A DNA stretch of 64,000 nucleotides from Ancylonema sp. (taxonomy: Eukaryota), in contig JBFLGF010000020.1 in NCBI GenBank assembly GCA_050230475.1, positions 1 through 64,000 on the forward strand. Direction: 5' to 3'. Position numbers and translations under genes: made by a program. The notes beneath the pieces are model-generated. The model did no database searches and was not told the origin of the DNA. It saw nothing but the letters and a program-made list of their open reading frames with translations. Shown here in pieces: positions 39,029 to 51,200 of this stretch; position 1 is the first letter of the stretch, and each line of letters begins with the position of its first letter.

Positions 39029-42000
39029 TGTTAGGACCCTCGCTACAGTCACTAGGGCTCCCTAACGAGGTCCCCACACTTAGCGCTAGAGCGCTACTAG
39101 CTCAATTTTCCCTATAGCGTGTTCTGTCCCTATATAGTGAGAGTTGTGTCCCTAGCGGCCGTCTGGCCCCTAGGGAGTATTCTGATGTGTCCTTAGCTCT
39201 GGCAGTTGTGCCTTTTATCCAGACTTGATGTGTCATTACCATATTCAGAGTGAGTTGTGAGTTATCCCACATTGATCCTAGAGTCGATTAGGGTCGACTT
39301 TCCTATATCTAGTCCATAGGAATGCCTCTAGAGCATTCCTATCAACTCATGTACTTGCACCCATTCTTGAGTTATTATTACACCACAACCATTGAATCCG
39401 GCTCACGCCATCTTGTCCTATCCGGCATTTCGCCATCCTCTTGCTTGTGTGCACATTGCAACTAGCTTGCTAGGGACGTCTTTGCATCCGCCCCTAACAC
39501 TTTGATAGGAATTAACATTTTTTGAGGTTTTTTTTAAGAATATTCTGGATCTGAACCTGAACCTCATTCAGCCGCCTTCTTTTTCATCTTCTTTCCATTC
39601 CACCATGTTTTCTCCCAATTTACAAGAAGTCATGGAAGTCTTACGCCAGATGCAACAATCTCAGGATGAAAAATTCAGAGTTTTGGCGGATGAAAATTAA
39701 GAGCAAATTTACAGAGCTTTCTGAACATGTCGCTTATGACGCTAATTACATGGCTTCTACCGTCGATCCAGCCGCTCCAAGTCCCAGCCTATGTCTACTC
39801 TCCAAGACCTGGTTCCAGCTGACCCCCCTAAGTTTGATGGTACACCCAAACATGTCACTACATTCTGCAACCAGGTCCGCTCTATGCTCAGGATGGCTCC
39901 TAAACGGTTCAGCAACCCTGTTCAGACCGTCCACTACGTTGGCAACCTACTCACTAGACCTGCCTATGAGTGGTTCTCTAACTACCTAGACGACAATGGG
40001 GGCCTCCCGGACGGGTTTGGTGCAGTTCGGCTGCTGATCTTCAGGATTGCTTTGGGGAGGGAGACACTCGCCTCACCAAAGAACGACATCTGCGCGAGCT
40101 CAGACAAACAGGCTCAGTGTCAGACTGACTTCACCGTCCAATTCAGGGCACAACTGTCAAGACCTTTCCCCACTGGCTTGACCACCCCAGCATTTACACC
40201 TTCTTCAAAAAGCTCAAACCTGAGCTTCGTCGGGAGATACTCAAGGTGCAGGACCCCCCTGAGACCTTCTCTGAGTACGTTACCTTTGTCAAGAAGGTGG
40301 AGAACACATGGCTGCCAGCAGTCTGGATCGGCCCTCCAAACCTGCATACATCTCCCCCCAGGCCAGAGCTGCTGATCAATTCCCCCAGCAGATCCCCTCT
40401 CACCTGCAGATCGTCCCCATGGACATCGATGGAACCCGCCGCCAGGTCCTGAATGTAGAACCAGCTGAGACGTTGTGCATACCCCCCCAGACCCCGCCCT
40501 GTTAGCCAAGCTCCCCCCGGAGTACCACGACTTCGGAGACGTGTTCTCCGAGCAGGCAACAAATACTCTACCTCCCCACAGGCCCTACGACTTGGAGATC
40601 CCCCTCCTGCCTGGCAAGGAACCCCCCTCGGGTCCGATCTACTCCTTGTCAGAGCCGGAGCTGGCTACCCTCAAAACTTACATCAAAGACAACTTGGCGA
40701 ACGGCTTCATCCGGCCATCCACTAGCGTGGGCGGGGCTCCTGTGATGTTCATTAAAAAGCCTGATTGGAAGCTCAGGTTATGCGTGGACAGACAGCTCAA
40801 TCCAGTGACGGTGAAAAATTGCTGCCCTCTACCCTTCATACTTGAGCTGCTGGACCGCCTGAACACCGCCACAATCTTCACCAAGATTGACGTGCGCAAT
40901 GCTTATCACCAGCTGCGGGTCAAGGAGGGGGATGAGTACAAGGCTGCCTTATGCTGCCGCTACGACCACTACGAGTACCAGGTCTGCCCTTTTGGGCCTA
41001 CCAATGCTCCTGCAGCTTTCCAGTCTTTCATTAATGAGGTGTTTCGAGAACACCTAGACGTCTTCCTGGCGGGTCTCCTCGACGACATGATCATCTACTC
41101 CCCCTCCCCTGAAGAACATGTCCCCCACGTCCGTGCTATCCTAGCACTCCTACGGGAGACCAAGCTTTATGCTAAGCTAGAGAACTAAGCTAGAGAAATG
41201 TCAGTTCCACACTAACACTATCGACTTCTTAGGCTACCGGGTATCCCCAGCCGGCGTGGGTATGGACCCCGAGAAGGTGACATCTCTCCTTGACTGGCCA
41301 ACACCCTAGTCAGTCAAGGAGGTCTAGTCCTTTCTCGGCTTCGCTAACTTCTACAGACGCTTCATCGATGGTTACTCTACCTTACCTCCCTGACCCGAAA
41401 GGGGGCAAAGTTCGGCTGGACGCCTGAGGCGGAGGCGGCTTTCCAATCCCTCAAGCTGGCCTTCAGCTCAGCCCCAGTCCTGCAACACTTCCAACCCCTG
41501 CAGCCACTTACCAGCGAAGCAGACGCCTCAGACTTCGGCCTCGGTTGCGTCCTGTCGCAGCCAAACCCAGGTGGCGAGCTCCACCCCATCGCGTATTACT
41601 CCAGGAAGTTCAACCCGGCCAAACTCAACTACCCCATCTACGATAAGGAGCTGCTAGCCATCGTGGCTGCCTTCCGCCAGTGGCGAGTCTATCTGGAGGG
41701 CGCGGCCCACCCTATCGTCGTCTACGTCGACCATAAGAACCTGGGAATACTTCCAAGCCGCTCGAACTACCTCTCGACGACACGCTCGGTGGGCCGAGAC
41801 GCTAGCAGCCTACGACTTCACTATCGTCTACAAAAAAGGGTCCAGCAATGGCAAGCCGGATGCCCTTTCCCGCAGATCTGACTACTTGCTGCCAGCCACA
41901 TCCCCCCACCCAGTCCTACCCCCCCCCGCTCCTCCCAGTTCCCCCCGTGCGAGCTGCGGCTATCCTTCCGGCACCTAACGACCCCATCCTCCTAGACATC

Positions 42001-43958
42001 GAGCTGCCCAGCTAGCCGACCCAACCCTACACGCTACTATCGCTACTTCCCTACAACCCGGACCCGCTCGGGAATCCAACCCGAGTCGCACTGCGGCGAG
42101 TCCCAATTTCTCTACATCCTCCGAGACGGCCCCTTCTCTACCATAGCAGCCGCCTCGCAATTTCCCCTACCGCTGCAGACCTTATCCTATCTATCCTGAC
42201 CTAGTACCACGACGCACCTATGGCAGGCCACTTCTTCGGCACTGCCCGCACGCACGCGCTGGTGGCGTAGTACTTCTACTGGCCCGGTATATCGAAGGCA
42301 GTGGAGGAGTTCGTGCGCATGTGCGACGTCTGCGCCCGGAACAAGCCGGTGCGCCATGCGCCCTACGGACTGCTGTCCCCCCTACCTATCCCTACTTGGT
42401 CCAATGTCTCCCTAGACTGGGTCACTGACCTTCCCCCTAGCGACTACCACGATGCAATTCTGGTGGTCGTCGACCGGCTGACGAAGCAAGCCCACTTCAT
42501 CCCTACCACCAAGGCCATGGCGGCTCCTGAGGTCGCAACGATTTTCGTGCAGCAAGTGGTGCGCTTGCATGGGTTGCCCAGCAGCCTCATAAGCGACCGC
42601 GATCCCATCTTCACCAGCCACTTTTGGCGCCGGCTGCAGGAGCTGCTCGGCATCCGGGCCAACTACTCCAATGCTTTTCACCCGCAGACGGACGGGCAGA
42701 CGGAGCGCCTGAATTCGGTCCTGGAGCAATATCTGCGTATCTACACCGATTACCAGCAATCCGATTGGTCCAGACTTCTGCCGCTGGCGGAGTTCGCTTA
42801 TAACAACTTGAAGCACTCCGCCACCACCCTCTCCCCGTTTTTTGCCAGCTACGGCTTCCACCCGCAGATGTCGCTGCTCCCATCCTCCCCCAATTCCCCC
42901 AACCCCGCAGCCGACGACTACGTCAAAACGATCCACGACACCCAAGATTTCCTCCAGTCAGCGCTTCGCAAATCCCAGCGGCCGATGGAAATTTCGGCCA
43001 ATCGGAAGCGCAGATCTGCTCCGATATTTTCGCTTCGTCAAAAAGTATGGTTGTCCCGTCGCCACGTCGGATCCACACGTCCTTCCTCGAAACTGGATGT
43101 CCGTCGCTTGGGTCCATTTCCTGTGATTGGCCAGAGCGGCACCTCGTCTTATCGCTTGGAGCTGCCGTCCTCCCTCCTCCCTGAAAATCCATCCCGTCTT
43201 CCACGTCAGCCTCCTAGAGCCGCACAATCCTTCCAGGTCGTGTCGTGGCGCCTCCACCTCCGGTCGTTGTGGACGGCGCGCCACAACATGAGGTGGCCAC
43301 AGTTCTGGATTCCACGATCGTGTGGGGCCAGCTCGTTTACCTCGTCGACTGGGTCGGGTACGATGAATCGCAGCGTTCTTGGGAACCTGCCGACAACATG
43401 GGAAATGCTGCTGACGCGGTCGCAGATTTCCATGCCACGTTTCCTGACCGGCCTTCGCCGCCTCCCTCATGTTGTTCCGTGCCTTGAGGGGGGGTTACTG
43501 TTAGGACCCTCGCTACAGTCACTAGGGCTCCCTAGCGAGGTCCCCACACTTAGCGCTAGAGCGCTACTAGCTCAGTTTTCCCTATAAGTTCTGTCTCTAT
43601 ATAGTGAGAGTTGTGTCCCTAGCGGCCGTCTGGCCCCTAGGGAGTATTCTGATGTGTCCTTAGCTCAGGAAGTTGTGCCTTTTAGCCAGAACTTGATGTC
43701 ATTACCATATTCAGAGTGAGTTATCCCAGATTGATCCTAGAGTCGACTAGGGTCGACTTTCCTATATCTAGTCCATAGGAATGCCTCTAGAGCATTCCTA
43801 TCAACTCATGTACTTGCACTCATTCTTGAACTATTACTACACCACAACCATTCAATCCGGCTCACGCCATCTTGTCCTATCCGGCATTTCGCCATCCTCT
43901 TGCTTGTGTGCACATTGCAACTAGCTTGCTAGGGACGTCTTTGCATCCGCCCCTAACA
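39029..43958 (+). mobile_element. Ty3/Gypsy chromovirus B (LTR-gag-[protease deleted]-RT-RNaseH-integrase-chromodomain-LTR)
   Basis: LTRs 39029-39499 and 43499-43958 (TG...CA); TSD CGTAT/AGTAT; PPT TTGAGGGGGGG. RT IFTKIDVRNAYHQLR...LDDMIIYS; integrase SLDWVTDLP...HPQTDGQTER with GPF motif; chromodomain HEVATVLDS..YLVDWVGY..SWEP (43245-43487). Many frameshifts and stops. Confidence 0.95.
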
Positions 43959-44403
43959 AGTATGTATACATATACATACACATATATATTAATACATATA
44001 CATACACGTACAACCACATACATGTCTTTAGCCATATGTGTGTATGTGTGATATTTGTGTGTGTGTGTTTGCATGCTATTTTGTTTACATGTGATAAATA
44101 CAAGGGTTAAAATAGTGTTGTCTTTGGAAGCATGTTGGCCATATAATTGGATTGCCGACATTTTCAACGTGAATAATGCTAAGGGCTTCCCAGTGGTCAA
44201 AGTCGAAAATTTAAACTGATAGCTAGAAATATGCCGCCGTTTCTTTGCGTGTTGCAAAAAGCAATGGGTTGTGTCTTGAGTGAGTCAATGTTGAGTCGAT
44301 TCTAGTGAAGAAAGTGCAACTTAATATTATTCTACCATAGGTCTTCCGGTAGTGGAAGCAATTGTCCAAAGAGTTCCTTCAACTTATTTTGTCCTTTGTC
44401 TAG

Positions 44404-45274
44404 ATGCCCACCATTGAAACTGCCCTCATTGATCGCAAGCGGGCATGGGACCTCTACACGGATAAAGTGGGAGCGGACGTGGAGATCGAAACACCACACA
44501 AGAAAGTCCGTGCACACAAGTTTTAATTGGTGGGCAACTCTCTCTTTCTCTTTCATCAATTGTTTCTTGCTCTCTTTTTCTGGCATCTACTCATGCAATT
44601 CCATATGCTTCTCATACTTTGAATACATGAGTGACCTTGTGTGTGTTAAATATCGCACATTGCATGTCTTTGGAGTAGTGCAAAGATATAAACTACGTGT
44701 ATGTCGCGTCACGTCAATTCCGTGCCTTTGACAGTAGGTTGTTTTCTTATCGCAGATGATCAAGTCCTCTGTCTTTAAGACCATGCTCACAACCGAGAAC
44801 TTGTCCGAGAATACAACACCAACCATCACTATCACCGGATTTTCCACGCCGGGCGTGGAGGCATTCTTCAAGTTTCTCTACAGTGGAGAGCTCTCTAAGG
44901 AAAAATTAAAAGAGCACAATATACACTTGTGGTGCCTTGGGGAAAAATGCGATGTGAAGGGTGTTCAAGAAATGGTCGAAAGCCATGTAGAATCCTGCCT
45001 CCGAAACGACAACGTGGTGGAGTGGTTGCTTATGGCCGTGGAGCACAAGGCATGCAAACTTCGAGACCTTTGCGTGGAGTACATAGCAAACCGCAAGGAG
45101 CTAGTGGGAGACAAGGGGATATTGCAAAAGATGTCAAGGGATGTGATGGAGGACCTTTTACAAAAAATGGCTATTTGGTACATGGGTAGTGAGAGGGACG
45201 GTGACTGTATCAAGGACTCAAACTATGAGGATTATGATGATGAGTCCGACATGGAAGACTCTGATGAACAATAA
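44404..45274 (+). pseudogene. BTB/POZ-domain protein, two exons, in-frame TAA in exon 1
   Basis: 44404-44529 (..GADVEIETPHKKVRAHKF*L) splices gt..ag to 44756-45274 (MIKSSVFKTML...VEAFFKFLYSGEL...LRDLCVEYI), giving a canonical BTB fold with an acidic tail. Stop at 44524-44526. Confidence 0.75.
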
Positions 45275-45375
45275 GTTCCTTTTTTTACTTAATGTGCGCG
45301 TTGGCCATAAACAAGTAGCGAATCGTATGCACCCTTACCATACGTTTGGCTTCCGATTTATCATGATGCTTCCAT

Positions 45376-45690
45376 TGTTAGGACTCTCGCTCTTCTCACT
45401 AGAGTTCCCTAGCGAGTGCCCTCACATTAGCGCTCTTAGCCTAGTGTGCTAGGAGCGAGTGTGATTGTCTAAGGAATTGTCACTATAGAGTACGTTTCCT
45501 TATATCGAAGTTGCCCTTAGTTTTTTGGTTTACGTTTTATAGCGAATCTCGACTTCAATCTGTTCTTATATCGAAACTCGATTTGTCCTACATTCAGTGG
45601 GAAGTGTCCTAGCCGACTATTCACTATATAGTTCGACTACTATTGTAATTTTTTCGATCCTATCAACTCATGTATTCTCTGATCCATTAA
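45376..45690 (+). mobile_element. Truncated solo LTR of the chromovirus family
   Basis: Starts TGTTAGGACTCTCGCT and contains TCCTATCAACTCATGTATTCTCTG, as in LTR F. Confidence 0.7.
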
Positions 45691-45982
45691 TGACTTCTCA
45701 ACATTGTGTCGTTTGCCCTATGAGAATGATCAATGCAAACTAGAACCTCTTTGGTACTAACATCCATACATGTACAAACGAATGGAGGAGGATTATATAT
45801 ATGTTGCCGTGTACTTGTGTTGTCGTCTCGAGTATGTTTGCGAATTGTAATAATTATGACATACATAACGTTTTTGTAAACTATTTGTCTAGAGACTTGT
45901 CTTGACTTACTAACGAAAAGGAGAAGTGAATATATGGATGAGAATCCAAGAATCGTGCAATTTATATAGACGGATGGACGTA

Positions 45983-46216
45983 CCGTTCTGGCCACACATC
46001 ATGAATAATTATGAACAGAGTGGGCGGGGTCTTTTTTTTTTTTTTTTTTTGGGGGGGCAAGAGTGAGTCATTTTATTATATGGGTCACCACATAAAAAAT
46101 AGTTTTTAGGAGTTTGGGGATTTTTCTTTTGGGTGCGCGGGTTGGATCAAATGGTAGTTCTTGAGCTAAATTAATTTGTTTTAAATAGTCAGGGTCATTA
46201 TGTGTGGCCACTACGG
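45983..46216. mobile_element. Tc1/mariner-type MITE; partial second copy at about 63073-63159
   Basis: TA|CCGTTCTGGCCACACATCATGA ... TCATTATGTGTGGCCACTACGG|TA. Confidence 0.8.
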
Positions 46217-47633
46217 TATATGTGCGGGCCAACGAACGTAGTAATCCAAACTACAAACATCCACAATGTTGTCGCCTCTAGCGATGTCTTTGTTTCACCA
46301 AACGAATTATATGTTGCCGCATGTTAGTCCGTAGTCAATGTGCTTAATACGAGGTGGGAAGAAGACAAGAGATATTTAGGCAAAGACACATACATTTAGA
46401 CTCCATTGCTTATGACCGGTAGACTAGCTACCTCCCTCGTTTTTGGAAACATCACGCCCCCCGGGGGTGTTTTAAGGAGTTTTACACTCCGGGGGAGGCC
46501 CTTTTTTTCCTTTCGCCAAGGGCCGCGCACCATGCGCGAACTTTGTGCAAGCGCGCAAGAAAAGGCGCGGCTTTTCCCGCACATGCGGGACGAAGAAAAC
46601 AAAAGGCCAACTTCGCATTGATATAATATATGAGGAAATATAATCTGCTGGACCAATCGATTTTTGTTTCGAATAACACAAAAACTTATCAAATGATCGG
46701 CTCGTCGATCAACCGGCCCCGGAAAGACTAGCAAATATAAAACCCTATAGTGTCGCTAGAACGCAACTAGTGTGTCTCTCGCACATCGACAGGGATGAAA
46801 ACAAACAAACATGTGCATCAATACGTAGGGACGTGTTTTTTGTTCTTCAGTTTGTCTCGGATAGGTATGCCTCGGGAAATCTATACGGTTACCATTTTTG
46901 TAGCAAAAAGAAAACGTTGGTTCTTATGTGTCCCTCACAATGGGTACCCCTCTGTATAGGCATACCATCCAGACATAAAATTTCCGGAAACGGCATTTCT
47001 TATATCCCAGGTTATTCCCGTGGTAACCCCCCAATGCCCTACCCCCTACCCCCACACCCCCCTTTCTACACCCACACCAAATTCGCACCTCCACCCCTCA
47101 CGTCTCTATAGCCCCAACTCGCCTCCTTACCACCTTTTCCCATTCTTTTTGCACAAGCCTTCACCACATACACCACTAACTTCTACTTGTTGCTCATGCT
47201 CTTCGTTCCCCCCAACCTACTCTCTCTTCCCCTCATGTCTCCCTCTCCCTCTCCCTCTCTCCTCTCTCTCTATCTCTTCCCCCCCCCCCCCCCCCCCCCC
47301 CCTATTTTTGTTTTTTTGTGGGTTTCATTAGGTGGAGAGTCTGATTGAGTTCTAGGAATCCCCGAGAAATCCACGGGCGAGATGGCCCTGGTGGTGGACT
47401 CAGGGAGCCTCGTGGTGGTCAACTCGGGGAGTAGGAACCAAACCCTTTTATGAAGGCACACTCTATACAGGCACACCTCGATGGTAGGAAAAAACCAATC
47501 ACAAAGAAACACTCTGTATAGGCACACCCTGTAGTGAGGCAGAAAAAGTCGGCAAACGGAGATCATATATTCTTTGGAAATATATTGGTCCTTAAATGTA
47601 TTGAACAGATTGATAGAAAAACAACATTCTTGC

Positions 47634-47674
<41 letters not shown>

Positions 47675-48244
47675 ACCACTTCTTACCACATGGTGCATAA
47701 ACACTTGGGTATCACACCAAGTTATTAGTGTCACGACGTCGGAGATCGTTCTATTTCACCCCTAATATCTACTAAATCTCTTCCTATAATAAATCACGTC
47801 TACGCCGCGCCAAATCAAGAGTTCCGCCGCACTACAACTTCCGCCCCGCTCGCCGGCCCCGCTCCCGAGCTCCACTTGTCAGCCTGCACCCCCGCTCAAT
47901 ATTTGAATAAATATTTGTCATGACGCTAGAGTTCGCTAAGGCAGAAACCCCTCTAGATTGATCACAAACCCCTCTATATTAATACTCCTCTATAACGAGA
48001 GTATTCGATATAACGATTTTTAGAATAAGTATTTTACTAGAAAAATAGTGAAGTGTGAAATTTGTACGACTTGAAAATAACGCGTGGCGTGTTTTCCGAA
48101 GTCTAGAATCCAGCAGTTTCAACAAATAGATGCGTGTTGATTTTTTATTACAATCGCAAGTCACTTTCGACTTGTCGATAATCTCGGCGATTAAATCCAG
48201 TCGTATAACTAGAGTAATATCTCGCGCCGTTTCATCGTAGCGTC

Positions 48245-51200
48245 TGTGAGAACTTTCTTCTGCCATCTTTGCAAGAATGCAGTTCAACTCTTAATCAACT
48301 CATGAATCAATCGATCACGACATTACAAGCATTAACACAACAAAAGTGCAAGCTTGAGATAGAAAGTCTGATTACGGGATCTTGCATGCAAGTCCACTCT
48401 TAGTACAGTTGAGTTTGATCGACAGAACATCTAAGTCAACATATCGAAACTATCTGAGTCATCATCAATCACAACTAAGCATTATGCCACATCGACTCAA
48501 ACTTATCGACACATATGCTGACTAGCCAGAATTTGTCGACACAATCATTACTTACAAGTTCGGCCGGCATTTGCTTAATAACGACAAGAACTCAAACTAC
48601 AGCGAACGGATCGGACAAATCGATATAACAACAAAAGTTCACAGCCCCTAAAAACTAACACCCCCTCCCTGGGTACTTCTGTTTCCCCCTCCAAAAACGA
48701 TAATACAATATATCGATTTTTCACAAAAACACAAAAAGCCTTAGAAATGCTCACTGCTCCTCAATCAACCCAATTAAAGCACAATTCTTCCTCAAAACCT
48801 TGACAGGTACAGCCTTTGTCATCATGTCAGCAGCCTGATCCTCACTCTTCACAAACCCCAGCCTGATCTTCTTCTTTGCAACTCTCTCCCTGATAGAATG
48901 CCACTTGATCTCATGTATTTTGAGCGTTTGTGAAACACTGGATTTTCAGCCAGTTTCATTGAGCTCTCATTGTCACCAAGCATCAAAACTCCACCTTTCC
49001 CCCCAACACCAAGCTCACCTTGCATTTGGCTGAGGTAAATCGCCTCATTGCCAGCAGAACTGAGAGCGAGGTACTCACTCTCACAGCTAGAGCGAGTAAC
49101 TGTCTCTAGATGATTGCTTTTCCAACTCACTGCCGCCCCAGCACTCAGAAACACATATCCTGCTCTGCCTTTTCTTGTTTCGACATCATCACCATGGCTG
49201 GCGTCCGTATAACCATGCACTGGCAAGTCAACTCCCTTCTCATACATCAACCCCAAGTTTAGTGTTCCCTTCAAGTATCGCAGCACTCGTTTCACCCCCT
49301 CCCACTGTTGCTCTCCCGGACGCCCACTGTATCGACACAGAGTGTTCACAACAGCTGCCAGATTTGGACGGGTCCCTGAGGTAAGATACAACTGTAGGAA
49401 TTATATCGGATAGCCATGTTTGCTAGCGTGCTAGTCCGGACTGCCGGTTAGTGTAACCGGTAGGGTTCCTAGAGTGTGCTTATGTTGAGGGGCCGGACTT
49501 ATGTCCGGGCACCCGAATATGACGTTTCGATTGTGCCGTTTGTAGGACGTGCGGTCTAGATGGTTCCGAATCTAGACGTTATGTTTTGTCAGACTGTCCG
49601 GCATGTGCCGTTGTCAGGATCTGACTATTGTTGAGTTATGATAGGGCGACGGTCCGCAGATACGACCGTCGGCACGCTTTGTAGATTCATGTTGTGGACG
49701 AGGCATCGTGGTATACCTACACGATGCCGACCATTCAAGATTATTCTTCCAACTCAATACTTGTCATTTATCATTTCTGAGAGACGTAAGTTCCTTGTAC
49801 GGAAAGAATCACACTGTCTTGCACACCCAATCACGCATCATCCCTAAAAGGTTATGGGCCCACCGGCGGTCTAATTAAAGACGCTGTGTCAATAACTACA
49901 GGCATTCCACGCGATTCGCTGCTAAGAGACTCTGAGGTTGAGGTTATTAAGTACTGCACGTAATCTTTCGATTGCGCTGCCAGTGACTGAGGTGTGAGCA
50001 CCGCTGCACGAACCACGCTCAAGAAAGCAGCTGGGAGCTGAGCACCAATAATTTTAGCTGTTGCCTAACATGACGGAAAAGTCATACATTCCGGTCTTCA
50101 CAGGAGCAGACTACAAAGGGTGGGCATTTAAATTAAAATTAAGTTCGGTCTGGCAGACAAGGAGCTGCGACATTGTTATGGATTGGGGTAAATCGCCGAG
50201 GCAAATAGAGCCTGTCGTGTTTCTACCACACACGCAGGATGAGCTCGATACGCTGGATGCTGCGGACGTCGCCAGAACGATCACGTCACGCACCCAGCTC
50301 ATCGGTTGACAGACTCTCCTTTGAGAGGTCTGGTCGAAGAAGAATATCGCTGCGATGGCGTATATCGTCAAACACCTCCAGACGGGGGAGCTGACGCACG
50401 TACGGAATTGCAAAACTGCAGCGGATATGTGGGACGCCCTGAAGTCTTTCTACGACATTCACGGAGCCATCGAAATTGCCAACGCTGAAGCTGAGCTCAC
50501 GGTAATTATCATGGGAGAGGCGGAGGACCTCAGCGACTACGTCAAGCGACTTCAGGAGCTGCACGATCGGCTGGGGCATCTGAGGGAGCCACTCAAGCCG
50601 GCAAAGCAGACGATTAACTTCCTGAATTCCCTGAACACTCGCTACAGCGCACGAGTGGAGAGCGTGATCACCTGGGCAGTTTCTGCACCATCACTCTTCA
50701 CGATCCCTCAGGCCGTCAGCACTTTGTCAGCTGGCGATCGACGGGAGGTCTGCAACGACCGGAAGAGAGGAGCGCTGCCGGGAGGGCAGCAGGCCGATTT
50801 CGTAGGAAGGGGAGGTTACTCGGGCAGCTCCGGAGCTGGCCCAAGTCGACCAGGTGGGATCGGCGTTCCCGGAAGTCACGACCTGACGAGAACTCAGTGC
50901 TACGGCTGCAACGAGTATGGCCACCTGAAGTCGGATTGCCCCGTGGGATGGCTGTTGGAATATTTTGGATCGCCCCAGACCGGCCACAGGCTGTCGCAAT
51001 GCGGCCAGCAACGGCATGGTGGAGGAGGAAGATCGGCTGGCCAGGGAAGTGGCAGTCCGAAACCTATGTGCAGATACTGTGATAAGCTTGGACACACATT
51101 GGCAGAATGTTTGAAGCGTAAATCTGATCAGGCATTGTCTGCACCTGATTCGAATCTCCGTAATCAAGCTCAGGCTAGACTTGCTGCAAGATCAGACACA

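Noticed and set aside
46420..46775. Possible Helitron end (GC hairpin plus CTAG)
   Set aside because: The hairpin is weak, and the A-T insertion context and 5' TC end were not identified.
47332..47452. Exon-like GC-rich segment after a polypyrimidine tract
   Set aside because: Stops occur in the plausible plus-strand frames and no partner exon was found.
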